A stretch of 64,000 bases of DNA from Okamejei kenojei (lineage: Eukaryota), in assembly GCA_035221665.1 (NCBI GenBank), contig CM069135.1:24242001-24306000 (forward strand), written 5' to 3'. Below, piece after piece: positions 23,812-36,559 of the stretch; position 1 is the first letter of the stretch; every line of letters starts with the position of its first letter. The translations under genes and the position numbers were made by a program. The notes beneath the pieces are model-generated. The model made no database searches. It was not told where the DNA came from and worked only from the letters and a program-made list of their open reading frames with translations.

Positions 23812-26800
23812 TTGGAGGAGGGGGAGGAGCGACACCCGACCGGTAAGGTTTAAAATCAAGCGCGGGGCTTGTTTTTTTCAGAGGCCCACAGGAGCCGTTG
23901 GAAGAAAAGGAGGAGGGGGAGGAGCGACACCCGACCGGTAAGGTTTAAAATCCAGCGCGGGGCTTGTTTTTACCGAAATCCATAACATTCCATTTGGAGA
24001 AGTGGGTTTTTTTTTTGAGGAAGCCGCTGATTGGTGGGAAGTGGACTAGGGAAAGCAGCTGATTGGCAGTCAGATTCCAGCAGTTTGTTGTGTACTTTGT
24101 ATTGTGTTGATATTGTATCCTGTGTAAGGGGGGAGTATGAAGGCCAGGGCAGTGTACTGTTCTGGATGTCAGATGTGGGAGGTCAGGGAATCTGATAGCC
24201 CTCCAGACATCCACATCTGCGCCAGGTGTGTTGAGATGGGGCTCCTAAAGGACTGTGTTAGGAACCTGGAGCAGCAGCTCGATGACCTCCGTCTGGTCAG
24301 GGAGAGTGAGGAGGTCATAGAGAGGAGCTACAGGGAGGTAGTCACTCCCAAACCACAGGAGGCAGACAAGTGGGTCACAGTTAGGAAGGGCAAGGGGCAG
24401 AGGCAGGGGCTAGAGAGTACCCCTGTGACCGTGCACCTGGAAAATAGGTACTCGGGTTTGAGGACGATTGGAGGGGACAGCCTAGCTGGGGGCAGCAACA
24501 GCGGCCGGGCCTCCGGCACAGAGACCGGCCCTGATGCTCAGAAGGGTAGCAAAAAGAGGAGGGCAATTGTAATAGGGGACTCTATAGTTAGGGGGTCGGA
24601 TAGGCGATTCTGTGGACGCAGTCGGGAGACCCGGATGGTAGTTTGCCTACCTGGTGCCAGGGTCTCGCATGTGTCAGAACGTGTCCAAAAGATTCTGATA
24701 ATGGAGGGAGAGGAGCCTGATGTTGTGGTACACATAGGTACCAATGACATAGGCAGAAAAAGTGACGAGGTCCTGAAGGGAGAATTTAGGGAGTTGGGGG
24801 GAAAGTTAAGGAGAAGGACCAAAAGGGTAACGATTTCAGGATTACTGCCTGTGTCGCGTGACAGTGAGAGTAGGAATGAAATGAGGTGGAGGATAAATGC
24901 GTGGCTGAGGGACTGGTGCAGTGGGCAGGGATTCAAGTTCCTTGATCACTGGGACCTCTTTTGGGGAAGGCATGATCTGTACACAAAGGATGGGTTGCAC
25001 TTGAACCCGAGGGGGACCAATATCCTGGCAGGGAGATTTGCAAAGGCTACTGGGGAGACTTTAAACTAGAAGGACTGGGGGGAGGGGCTAGGGGTCAGGG
25101 TGTGGGGCAAGATGCAGAGAAGGGAAGCACTCGGATCCAAAATGTAGGCGAGAAAGATGAAAAAGATAATAGACAGAGAATAAGGGATGGTGGGTTTCTA
25201 AAATGTGTATATTTTAATGCTAGGAGCATTGTAAGAAAGGTGGATGAACTTAGAGCCTGGATTGACACCTGGAAATATGATGTTGTGGCAATCAATGAAA
25301 CATGGTTGCAGGAGGGCTGTGATTGGAAACTAAATATTCCAGGATTTCGTTGCTTCAGGTGTGATAGAATTGGAGGGACCAGAGGGGGAGGTGTTGCATT
25401 GCTTGTCAGAGAAGATATTACAGCAGTGCTTTGGCAGGATAGATTAGAGGGCTCGTCTAGGGAGACTATTTGGGTGGAACTGAGAAGTGGGAATGGTGTA
25501 GCAACACTTTTAGGTGTGTATTATAGACCGCCAATATTGGAGAATTGGAAGAGCAAATATGTAAGGAGATATTAGTAGTAAGCACAAGGTAGTGATTGTG
25601 TGAGATTTCAATTTTCCAAAAATAGACTGGGAAACACATTCTGTAAATGGGCTGGATGGTTTGGAGTTTGTAAAATGTGTGCAGGATAGTTTTTTGCAGC
25701 AGAACATAGAGGTATCGACCAGAGAAGGGGCAGTGCTGGACCTCCTGTTAGGAAATGAGGCAGGTCAGGTGACGGAGGTATGCGTTGGTGAGCACTTCGG
25801 GACCAGTGATCACAATACCATTAGTTTCAATATAATTATGGAGAGAGTCAGAACTGGACCTAGGGTGGAGATTTTTGATTGGAGAAAGGCTAACTTTGAG
25901 GGAATGCGTAAGGATTTTAAAGGAGTGAATTGGGACACTTTGTTTCATGGGAAGGATGTAGAAGAGAAATGGAGGACATTTAAAGGGGAAATTGTAAGAG
26001 TACAGAATCTTTATGTCCTGTTAGGTTGAAAGGAAATAGTAAAAATTGGAAAGAGCCATGGTTTTCAAGGGAAATTGGACACTTGTTTCGAAACAAGAGA
26101 GATATCTACAATAATTATAGGAGGCATGGAGTAAATTAGGTGCTAGAGGAGTATAAAGAATGTAAAAAGAATCTTAAGTAAGAAATTAGGAAGGCCAAAA
26201 GAAGATATGAGGTTGCTTTGGCAAGAAAGGTGAAAGTAAACACAAAGGGTTTCTACAGCTATATTAATAGCAAAAGGATAACGAGGGATAAAATTGGACC
26301 ATTAGAGAACCAGAATGGACAGCTATCTGCAGAGCCAAAAGAGATGGGGGAGATATTGAACAATTTATTTTCTTCGGTATTCACCAAGGAGAAGGATATT
26401 GAACTCTGTGAGTTAAGGGGAAAAAGTAGAGTAGCTATGGAAACCATGAGATTCAAAGAGGAGGAAGTACTGACACTTTTGAAAAATATAAAAGTGGACA
26501 AGTCTCCAGGTCCTGAAAGGATATTCCCTAGGACATTGAGGGAAGTTAGTGTAGAAATAACAGGAGCTATGACAGAAATATTTCAAATGTCATTAGAAAC
26601 GGGAATAGTGCCGGAGGATTGGCGTACTGCGCATGTTGTTCCATTGTTTAAAAAGGGTTCAAAGAATAAACCTAGCAATTATAGACCTATTAGTTTGACG
26701 TCAGTGGTGGGCTAAATTAATGGAAAGGATACTTAGAGATAATATATATAAGCATCTGGATAAACAGGGTCTGATCAGGAACAGTCAACATGGATTTGTG

Positions 26801-28075
26801 CCTGGAAGGTCATGTTTGACAAACCTTCTTGAATTTTTTGAAGCGGTAACTAGGGAAATTGATGAGGGTAAAGCAGTGGATGGTGTCTATATGGATTTCA
26901 GTAAGGCCTTTGACAAGGTTCCCCTTGGAAGGTTGGTTAAGAAGGTTCAATCTTTGGATGTTAATGGCGGAGTAGCAAGATGGATTCAACAGTGGCTGAA
27001 TGGGAGATGTCAGAGAGTAATGGTGGATGGCTGTTTGTCAGGTTGGAAGCCAGTGACCAGTGGGGTGCCTCAGGGATCTGTGTTGGGTCCACTGTTGTTT
27101 GTCATGTACATCAATGATCTGGATGATGGGGTGGAAAATTGGATAAGTAAGTATGCAGATGATACTAAGATAGGTGGTGTTGTGGATAATGAAGTAGATT
27201 TTCAAAGTCTACAGAGAGATTTGGGCCTTATGGAAAAGTGGGCTGAAAGATGGCAGATGGATTTTAATGCTGTTAAGTGTGAAGTGCTACATCTTGGCAG
27301 GACAAATCAAAATAAGGACGTACATGGTAAATGGTAGGGAATTGAGGAATGCTGTGGAACAGAGGGATCTAGGAATAACTGTGCATATTTCCCTGAAGGT
27401 GGAATCGCATGTAGATAGGGTGGTAAAGAAAGCCTTTGGTGTGCTGGCCTTTATAAATCAGAGCATTGAATATAGGAGTAGGGAAGTAATGTTAAAATTG
27501 TACAAGGCATTGGTAAGCAATTCTGGAGTATGGTGTACAATTTTGGTCGCCTAGTTATAGGAAGGATGTCAACAAAATAGAGAGAGTACAGAGGAGATTT
27601 ACTAGAATGTTGCCAAGGTTCCAGCAACTATGTTACAGAGAAAGGTTGAACAAGTTAGGTCTTTATTCTTTGGAGCGCAGAAGGTTAAGGGGGGACTTGA
27701 TTGAGGTCTTTAAAATGATGAAAGGGATAGACAGAGTTAACGTGGATACGTTTTTCCCATTGAGGGTAGCGAAGATTCAAACAAGAGGGCATGACATGAG
27801 AATTAAGGGACAGAAGTTTCGGGGTAACGTGAGGGGGAACTTCTTTACTCAGAGGGTGGTGGCTGTGTGGAATGAGCTTCCAGCAGAAGTGGTGGAGGCA
27901 GGATCGATTTTAACATTTAAGAGTAAAGTGGATAGGTATATGGACGTGAAGGGAATGGAGGGGTATGGTCTGAGTGCAGGTAGATGGGACTAGGGGAAAA
28001 CAAATGGTCGGCACGGACTGGAAGGGCCGAGAGGGCCTGTTTCCATGCTGTAATTGTTATATGGTTATATGGTTA
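23812..28075 (+). mobile_element. Near-full-length CR1 LINE (5' UTR, intact ORF1, disrupted ORF2)
   Basis: Duplicated 5' UTR block; ORF1 24137-25069; ORF2 fragments 25102-27993 with APE and RT (YADD) motifs; (GGTTATAT)n tail. Confidence 0.97.
24137..25069 (+). CDS. CR1 ORF1p: N-terminal Cys-rich zinc finger, coiled coil and SGNH esterase domain
   Basis: CSGC...CARC, leucine heptads, GDS / GTND / DGLH SGNH blocks; uninterrupted 310 aa. Confidence 0.92.
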   Translation: MKARAVYCSGCQMWEVRESDSPPDIHICARCVEMGLLKDCVRNLEQQLDDLRLVRESEEVIERSYREVVTPKPQEADKWVTVRKGKGQRQGLESTPVTVHLENRYSGLRTIGGDSLAGGSNSGRASGTETGPDAQKGSKKRRAIVIGDSIVRGSDRRFCGRSRETRMVVCLPGARVSHVSERVQKILIMEGEEPDVVVHIGTNDIGRKSDEVLKGEFRELGGKLRRRTKRVTISGLLPVSRDSESRNEMRWRINAWLRDWCSGQGFKFLDHWDLFWGRHDLYTKDGLHLNPRGTNILAGRFAKATGETLN

Positions 28076-28124
28076 AATGTGTGATTCACTCAAGTATGAC
28101 ACCATTTTGGCATTGCACTAACAT

Positions 28125-28680
28125 GTCAGTGTGGCTCTATGCGTGGCACTCTTGCTTTTGAGTCAGCGTGTCACAACTTCAGTTCTCACTTGAGAGACTT
28201 GAATGCAAAATTGAGGCTAACTCTCACAGTGCCAATAATAAGGAATGCTGCATTGTGAAAGATGCACTCTTCCAAATAAGATATTAAATCAAATTTCAAT
28301 CTGGTGTTGCAGGAGAATGTGAAGGATTGCATGGTACCATTCTAAGAAAATCAGAGGAGTTCTCCCTGCATTCTTGCAAGATATATAGTCAAGATCACAC
28401 AAGATTCAGTCCAATGAAGGGTCCTGACCTGAAGCCTCATCCATCAATTTCCTTCCACAAATGCTGCCTGACCCGCTGAGATCCTCTGAATGTTGCTCAA
28501 GATTCCAGCATCTGTGATCTCTTGTGTCTCCACTCAAATTATCTGGGCATTATCACATTGCTGTTTACCACATCTTGCTGTGGCACAGGTTGGTTACACA
28601 TTTGTTGCAACAGTAATCACACATCAATTATACTTCATTTGACTCTACAGGTGCTTTGGAGATGGTGTACTATATAAATA
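28125..28680 (+). mobile_element. DeuSINE (SacSINE1-like), degenerate, with an internal Penelope remnant
   Basis: tRNA-like head GGCACTCTTGCTTTTGAGTCAG; Deu-like GCTGCATTGTGAAAGATGC...AAATAAGATATTAAA; tail ATTATCACATTGCTGTTT; similar copies near 32495-32800 (-) and 42810-43140 (+). Confidence 0.6.
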
Positions 28681-30439
28681 TTATATATCTGTGAGCTGGT
28701 TATTTCAGTCTTTCAGTCATCTGATTTAGGTGAGATAGCCGTTGTACTTGGTGGGTAGAGGCCACTTCACAAATTCCCTGAACAGCATGGGAGTGGATAA
28801 ACCACAAATTAGTGCCTTTAAAATAATTGTTTCTATTTAAATGCATGAAAAGGTTAATAAAAGAGACATTACTGTACATCTATGAGTGCTTACAAAGACA
28901 CTAGAGCTGATAAAAATATTTTTAAGCACAAAAGGAATTGTTCTCAATTAAGTTGTGACATTCACTATGTGCACTAGATTACTGCACATCACCAGATTAA
29001 AAACTGTTTTTAAATGGTCAGTAGTTAAATAATAGCAACAAAGATCAGCACATGAATCCTTCCACTGTAATGAGCATAATGCTTTTGAAGTGACATTCAG
29101 CTGCAAGAGCTCAAACAAACCCATGCAGTCATGCAAACACTTCTGCCAAATGGACACAAATCAAGGACCAGAGATGTTTAAATGATTGCATTATTTTTTA
29201 CTGGAGTTTCCCATGTTAATAGTTATTTCAAATTAAAAGAGGAGCGGAGTGCTTGAGCAACTTTCTGACTGCAATACATGCACACTTGCATACGTGGGAC
29301 AAAGCAATCTTTTCTAGCAAAGTCTCAGTGGCTAGAGCTCTGAATGAATATTATGGGTTTCAATAATTTAGGATGCTACTCACAATGCAGCACAGTGGGA
29401 ATGCCGCAATGTTGGAAGACCCAGAGGTTGGAAGAGATACTGAATGTGATCATGGAAATGTCAGAATTGTTCTGGGGCAGAAGGAGACCGCTTAACCCAT
29501 CAAGCTATTCCGGCACCAACATAGAAACCCCACGTCCCCATGTCCTGCACATTACATTCACTCAAATATCTACCAAATCCCATTTGAAAGCAAAGATTTA
29601 TCGTTTCCACCATTCCTACAAGTAGTGATTTTCAGTTCATAAATATTCTTTGCATAAAAAGTATTTTCCCCAATTTTGTCCGCACCTTTTGCCCAAATGT
29701 TAAACTTAGGCTGCATGTGCACATTGAATGCTTGACAAATACATGATTGCCCTTTGAGAGTCTTGAGCCATGAAAGAGACTGTATAATTATGTATTTTTG
29801 TGATTCCTTTTACAATTAAAATATTGTTCTATATCAATCAGTGCTGATCACTTTTCTTTTTAAAGCATGGTATTGTTAATTTTCACCCGTTACAATGAAA
29901 CATTAACTTGCATTCAATGTTTCAATGGTTCTTGTTATTGTCAAGTGTACCAAAGGTACAGTGAAATCCATTTTTTGCAGATAGATCAGTGCGATTATTG
30001 CCATATATAAAAGACAAACGCCGATTAAATACCCCATGCAAGGAAACAGACCCGAGTCCACATACAAATCGCCCGATTTTTGCGCCATTTTACACAGTGC
30101 AAGGTGCAGCAGGCCATAGAGGCCCGTTGCATTAGTTTGCCAGTGAGCTGTCCTTCTCCTCTCTGGGCCTTCAGCCTTCGTGCCCTGGGGGACGCCCCCC
30201 CGCAGCCGACCTGGAAGGTGCGGAAGGTAGACTCCCAGTTGTCCTACCGGCCCTATGTCCGGGGTCTGCCGGTATCACAGACTCTGCAATCAGTATCTTG
30301 TTTGAGCTCTCACCCATGATATAAGCAGTTTCTAGCCCTATGATAGGATGAAGGCCATGTTGCTCGACTAATAACCAGATAATTTAAGGTAAACATTTTA
30401 GAAGATTAATTTGAAAATAAAAGTCTAGACATCAGGAAA

Positions 30440-31875
30440 ACACCCTGAGCTATCCAATTGGTTCACAACGGTCCATTAAAGATGAGTATAGGTGATGAAA
30501 AATCCTTCATGATAATTCTTAACAATGGTGCCCTGCGAGGATGTGTTCTTGGCCTCTTGCTATTTTCCTTCAGCACTCACAACTGTGCAGCCAAATTCGG
30601 CTCTAAAAGCATTTACAATTTTGCAGAACTAGTGGGCCGGATCTCGAAAAGTAATGACATGAAACTCAGGAAGGAGAAAGAGAGCTTAATAACATGGTTT
30701 TGAGACAACAAACTATCCTTCAATGATAGACACAAAATGCTGGAGTAACTCAGCAGGTCAGGCAGTATCTCTGGAGAAAATGGATAGATGATGTTTCTGG
30801 CTGGGTCCCTTCTTCAGACTGATTGTTGGGGGATGGGAGCAAGAAAAGACCAGGACAAGCCTGAGGTCATTTGTTGCCAGCCCTGGTTTGTCAGAGTATT
30901 TTCTTGCTTCCATCCCCCCCCCCCCCCCTCCACAATCAGTCTGAAGAGGATCCCGACCCGCAACTTCACCTATACATTTTCTCCAGCGATGCTGTCTGAC
31001 CCGCAGAGTTACTCCTGTTTTACGTGTCTATCTTTGGTATAAACCAGCGTCTGTAGTTCCCTTTTATTACATAACCACTCCTTCAATGTCCGCAAAATGA
31101 AGGAGCTAGTTATTAACTTCAGGAGGTGATGTTGTGTACAAGTCAGCATTAATGGTGCCAAAGTGTAAATGGTCAAGAACATCATGTTCCTAAGTATCAC
31201 CAGTAATTTCACTTGGACCAACTACATTGAAGCCACAGCCAAATTAAAACACGCTAATGCCTTTACTTCCTCAGATGAATAAGGAAGTTTGCCATGCTTC
31301 TAACGACTTACCAACTTCTACAGATACATCGTAGAAAGCATTCTATTGGGGTGCATCACAGCTCAGTTTGGCAACAGTTCTGCCCAAGACCACAGGAAAT
31401 TGTAGAGAGTTGTAGATGTCACACAAACCAGCATTCTCCATCACACAAACTGACCTCTTCCCAATCGACTCCAATTTACACTTTACACTGCCGAAGGAAA
31501 CCAGCCAACATAATCGCCTTCTCTCCCATTTCCTTTTCTTCCCTCTCCCATTGGTACAAGATACAAAAGCTTGAAAGCTCATATAACTAAATTCAAGAAC
31601 ACCATCTTTCCCACTGTCATCAGACTACAGACAGTTCCCTTCATAAGCTAGGGTGTCATTTCAGTCATCCAACCTACCTTGTTGCAGACCTGCACTTTTT
31701 TTTAAAATTACACTTTTTGTGTAACACTATCTTCTGCACTGTTACTATCCTCTTTCCACTACAGGTTGTACTTGTTTATGGATTTATTGTAATCACACGT
31801 AGTCTGATTTGACTGGATTGCATGCAAACAAAGCTTTTCACTGTATCTCAGTACACATGGCAATATTAAACCGAT
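30440..31875 (+). mobile_element. Old Rex1-like LINE fragment
   Basis: Degenerate GALRGCVLGLLLFS (RT PQG region); AAGGAGCTAGTTATTAACTTCAGGAGG; 3' hairpin TTTCACTGTATCTCAGTACACATGGCAATA. Confidence 0.7.
30726..31060. mobile_element. Penelope-derived fold-back element (two inverted terminal-repeat copies)
   Basis: 30726-30832 is the reverse complement of about 30925-31032. Confidence 0.75.
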
Positions 31876-34800
31876 ACCAATGTTTTCTTTTCCCAATCCC
31901 ACACCAAGGTGGTTACCTATTAACCTTGAGATCAACTAAGCCACATCATATAACCGCAGAATCACACATATTGTTGTGCTGCCACGGTAACTAGGGATGG
32001 GCATTAAACACCATAATTGCAGCTACACCCACAATGTGAATGTCATGATTAAAATAAAGGTTTGTGATGCCAGAAAAGAAGACATTGGATTTGGACCCAG
32101 CACCTATTTAACCTTGGCAGCATACTCAAAGCCACACTATTACAATATGTGGAAGTAATTTTAAAACACTTTAGCCAATTCAGACAATGCACTATTTCAT
32201 TTTGTCTTTGGAGAAGGCCATTGTATGTCCCTTTGCAACCAATGATCTACGGCAAGCATGAGAAAGAAACAGAAAGGGTCATAAGCTGCAACACATTCAT
32301 TTTACGATACACCTCGTCGCAGAGCCCACAAGATCGTACGTGATCGCAGTGTAAAATTAGAAACTGCCCAGTGCAGAAAAAGAAAGAAGAAAACACTGCA
32401 GATAGTGAAAATATGAAGTAAAGCAGAACATGCTGAAAACACTCAACAGGTCTGGTAGCATTTGTGAGATGAAAAACAGAGTTAAGGAAAGGGATATTGT
32501 AACACCTCAGGGCATCTTAAAGTGCAGTCATTCTTGTAATCCAGCAAACTGGAACTAATTTGTATGCAGCAAATGTTCAACAGTTAGCAATACGATTATG
32601 ATCACATCATCTACATTAATAATGCTGACTGCAGGATAAACACCGATCACATTACTCTGGACATCCCCTCTTCTGTAGGATCTTTAGCATCCACCTGTGA
32701 ATAAATGGGGCTTCACTTTAACCCTCATATGAAGGGTAGTACATCCTGCATTACAACACTCCTTGAAACTGCACAATAGTGTGCACAAGTCTTCATCAGG
32801 ATGGAAATAGAACAAATGGGAAAACAAAGGTAAAACAAATAATTTACATATTTCCTTTCCCTTTGCCCTGTAAGGCTAGGACCCAAACATGTAAATAATC
32901 AAAGTAGGTTTACAGGTTCCAAGTAATAAAATTAACTTTTCAGGTAATATACATCTCTGCAATTTCTACTGAAGGCCAAAGGACACTTCATGATTTACTG
33001 ACAATCTAAAACAAATTATGCTTTAATTCTAGGCTTGTATTTTTAGTTTAAGACAGAGATCACTTATATCAGCAGCGTTCACCTTGAAAGGGTTGAAGTG
33101 CGTGGAGGTGAAGGGTGTAAGTTTTAGTTTTGATTCTTTCAGTGCCAATGGAATTGTGCCCAATCTCTAATCTATTGACATATAAACATAGAAAATAGGT
33201 GCAGGAGGAGGCCATTTGGCCCTTCGAGCCAGCACCGCCATTCATTGCGATCATGGCTGATCGTCCCCAATCAAAAACCCTGCCTGCCTTCTCCCCATAT
33301 CCCTTGATTCCACTAACCCCTAGAACTCTTTCTAACAAACCCAGAGATTACATTGTTGGAAGCAGATTCTTTCTTCTGGCTGGCAGCGAGGGAAGCCAGC
33401 AGATCAAAAAATGAATTTAAATTTGTGGTAATGGACTCCCATTAAACTGTCTCGCCCTTTTTCATTTTAATAAATATAATTACTCTGCAAAATCGAATAT
33501 GGTATACCATATCCATACAAATATGTACTGCGCAATCAATCTATCTGCAATCAAAGATCAGATTCCAACCAGTTTAATCCTGCTTCACTGAACTGTTTTC
33601 TTCATTCCCCATCAACCTCAACCTTGACCCCACTGGCATCATTAAATATCAGCCACAGTTATTAATGTGTATTTAGTAGCTTTAGCAGAGTAAAAATGCT
33701 TTCTATAACTTCATGGGAGCATAAGCAGACAATAAAAATCAAGTCATGGACAGAAATTTGGATGGGTGACTGAAAGTTATGTTGAATAGGATGAATTTAC
33801 ATAAAATATTCAGAAACGGCATCAAACTAGTTTACCCAGTGTTTGTGCTTTATAAGATCCTCCACCCACTTTTCTTCATCCCTTCCTGGAAGCATATTTG
33901 CTTTCTCTCATATGTACTTATACTCCCCTTAGAAAAATCTACACAATCTGCCTCAAGCACTCGCAGTGGTTGTGGGTTTGCCATCTCACCAAATCCTGAT
34001 TGAAAAGAAAGGTTTCTTTATTGGACTGCAAATGTTCATATTTACGGTCTCTGATACAAATTGTAGCAGAGTGGACTTAAAGGAGGACAAAGGAAGGGAG
34101 AGGATAAAAAGATGGGGATTCTGTTAATTCAAATATAAACCAAGGCACTTGATAAAGCATAAGAGTCAGTCTTAACTGAATGCTCAAATACAAATAGAGC
34201 TTTGTAATAATTCACTTGTAGCATACTATTGCTCTGTTGACCAAAGTGACACTTGATACCGTTTCATGTCAGGAAACAATGCCTAAATTAGAAACAATGC
34301 CTAAATTGATATAAATGGAATTTGATTTAATTGTATGCACATTAGGATTTAAAACGAGTTGGAAGGAACTGCAGATGCTGGTTTACACCAAAGATAGACA
34401 CAAAATGCTGGAGTAACTCAGCGAGATAGGCAGCATGTCTGGAAAGAAGGAATGGGTGACGTCACTCATCACTCATGGGTGATGACACAAACATCACTCA
34501 TTCCTCCAAAATCTACGGTGAAAAAGCAGGAACTGCTTTATCTCTTCTCAAAAGACAAGCCACGTCCGTGCGACCCCAACCCAAGAAGCAATCTGGTGAA
34601 TATTTGCTGTACTACCTTTATCACAACCATATCCTTCCTTAGGTTATAGGGACCTGACCTGTGCACAGCACAGACTAATCAAGGCCCTATATCATTAGAG
34701 CACGATGTCGCTACTCTTTTATTCAAATCCTCTTGCAATAAAGGCCAGCATGTGACTTGTCTTCTTAATTGCTTCACATACCTCCATGTTGACCTTTGGT

Positions 34801-36000
34801 AAGGTGTATACAAGATTCCACTGGCACCAATGTCTTTCAGTTGCTCACCATTTCTACAAAAGTGGAGTATTCACAAGTTCCCTCATTACGTACCATCGCC
34901 ATGTCCTTACTCATTCTTTTTGTGTATCAATATCTTCTTGGAACTCCTCCTCAAAACTTATACTGTTTACCAGATTTGTATTATCAGCAAATATAAATAT
35001 ATTACTCATGGCTCTCTCATAAAAATTATTAATACAGAGACTCTGAACAGCTGGGACCCCAGCTCCGAACTCTCTACTACTTGACTGGTTATGCTCCCAA
35101 CCTGAAAGTGTGCCATTTAACAGACTAAATAATCCTCATGCCATGCCAATTCCATGTGCTCAAATGTTGTGTAATAATGTCTTCGGTGGCATCTTATGGA
35201 AGGCCTAAAAATCCAAATTCACTAAACCCACAGGTAGCCCCATAGATACAGATGTGAATAATGCAGTAAAAATATTGAAAAATGGAAAGGCCATGCATCA
35301 GCTACCTGCCCCACCTGTAGAAGACTCTGCAGTTTCCATATCGGATCATTAGCCAACTTAGAGCCGACAAAACAGAGTGCAAATATGTTAGCCCTGATCC
35401 CAAGGAACTGTCTGAGATGGATGAATGATTCAGTGTCAGTGTGGCTCCTCCAGTGTCTGCAAGTTCCAGTGCCTGTGAGAGTAATCCAGTGTGTGTGATC
35501 TACTGCCTGTACATTCCAGTGTGTGTGTGTGTGACTGATCCAGTCTGTAGTTCCTGTCCTGTCCTGTGAGTAATCCAGTGTGTGTGATCCAGTGCCTGCA
35601 CTTTCCAGTCTGAGAGTGATCCAGTGCGGTGAGACTGATCCAGAGTCAGCAGGTTTCAGTGTCTGCAAGTCTGATCCGGTGTCTGTGCGAGTGATCCTGT
35701 GCTGCACATTCGAGTGCCAACATGACTGATCCAGTCTCTATGAGCCCAATGTAGCGTCTGTATGTTCCTTGGTGTCTGTATGCCAGATCTAGTGCCCGTG
35801 TGGCTCACCCACTGTCTGTGAGACTGATCCACTTTCTGAGTGCCTTTTCCAGTCTCCGTGTGCCTGTGCCTGATCCAGTGTCCGTGTGCATGATCCTGTG
35901 TCCGTGTGGCTGATATGTGTGGCAGACTATGAGACTGATGGACTGCGAGACTGACGAACGGCGAGGCCGATGAACTGCGAGACTGATCCTCTGTGTGGCT

Positions 36001-36486
36001 GATTCACTATCCGTGTGCCTGATCCACAATCCGTGTGCCTGATCCACTATCCGTGTGCCTAATCCACAATCCGTGTGCCTGATCCTCTATCCGTGTGCCT
36101 GATCCACTCTCCGTGTGCCTGATCCACTCTCCGTGTGCCTGATCCACAATCCGTGTGCCTGATCCTCTATCCGTGTGCCTGATCCACTCTCCGTGTGCCT
36201 GATCCACTCTCCGTGTGCCTGATCCACTATCCGTGTGCCTGATCCTCTCTCCGTGTGCCTGATCCTCTCTCCGTGTGCCTGATCCTCTATCCGTGTGCCT
36301 GATCCACTCTCCGTGTGCCTGATCCTCTATCCGTGTGCCTGATCCACTCTCCGTGTGCCTGATCCACTCTCCGTGTGCCTGATCCACTCTCCGTGTGCCT
36401 GATCCACTCTCCGTGTGCCTGATCCACTCTCCGTGTGCCTGATCCACTCTCCGTGTGCCTGCTCCACTCTCCGTGTGCCTGCTCCA
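36001..36486. repeat. 20-bp minisatellite, 24 units (consensus GATCCACTCTCCGTGTGCCT)
   Basis: Perfect 20-bp period with an invariant CCGTGTGCCT half; diverged CTGATCCAGTGT-like units extend left to about 35430. Confidence 0.98.
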
Positions 36487-36559
36487 GTGTGTGTGTGTGT
36501 GTGCCTGCTCCAGTGTCCGACTGATCCAGACGCTACATGAATGAACGAGCGTCTGCCTG

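Noticed and set aside
35222-35707. 161-aa His/Thr/Trp-repeat ORF
   Set aside because: Translation of the decayed minisatellite flank.
36001-36486. CRISPR-like repeat-spacer array
   Set aside because: The variable halves are near-identical 10-mers rather than unique spacers; vertebrate context and no cas genes.
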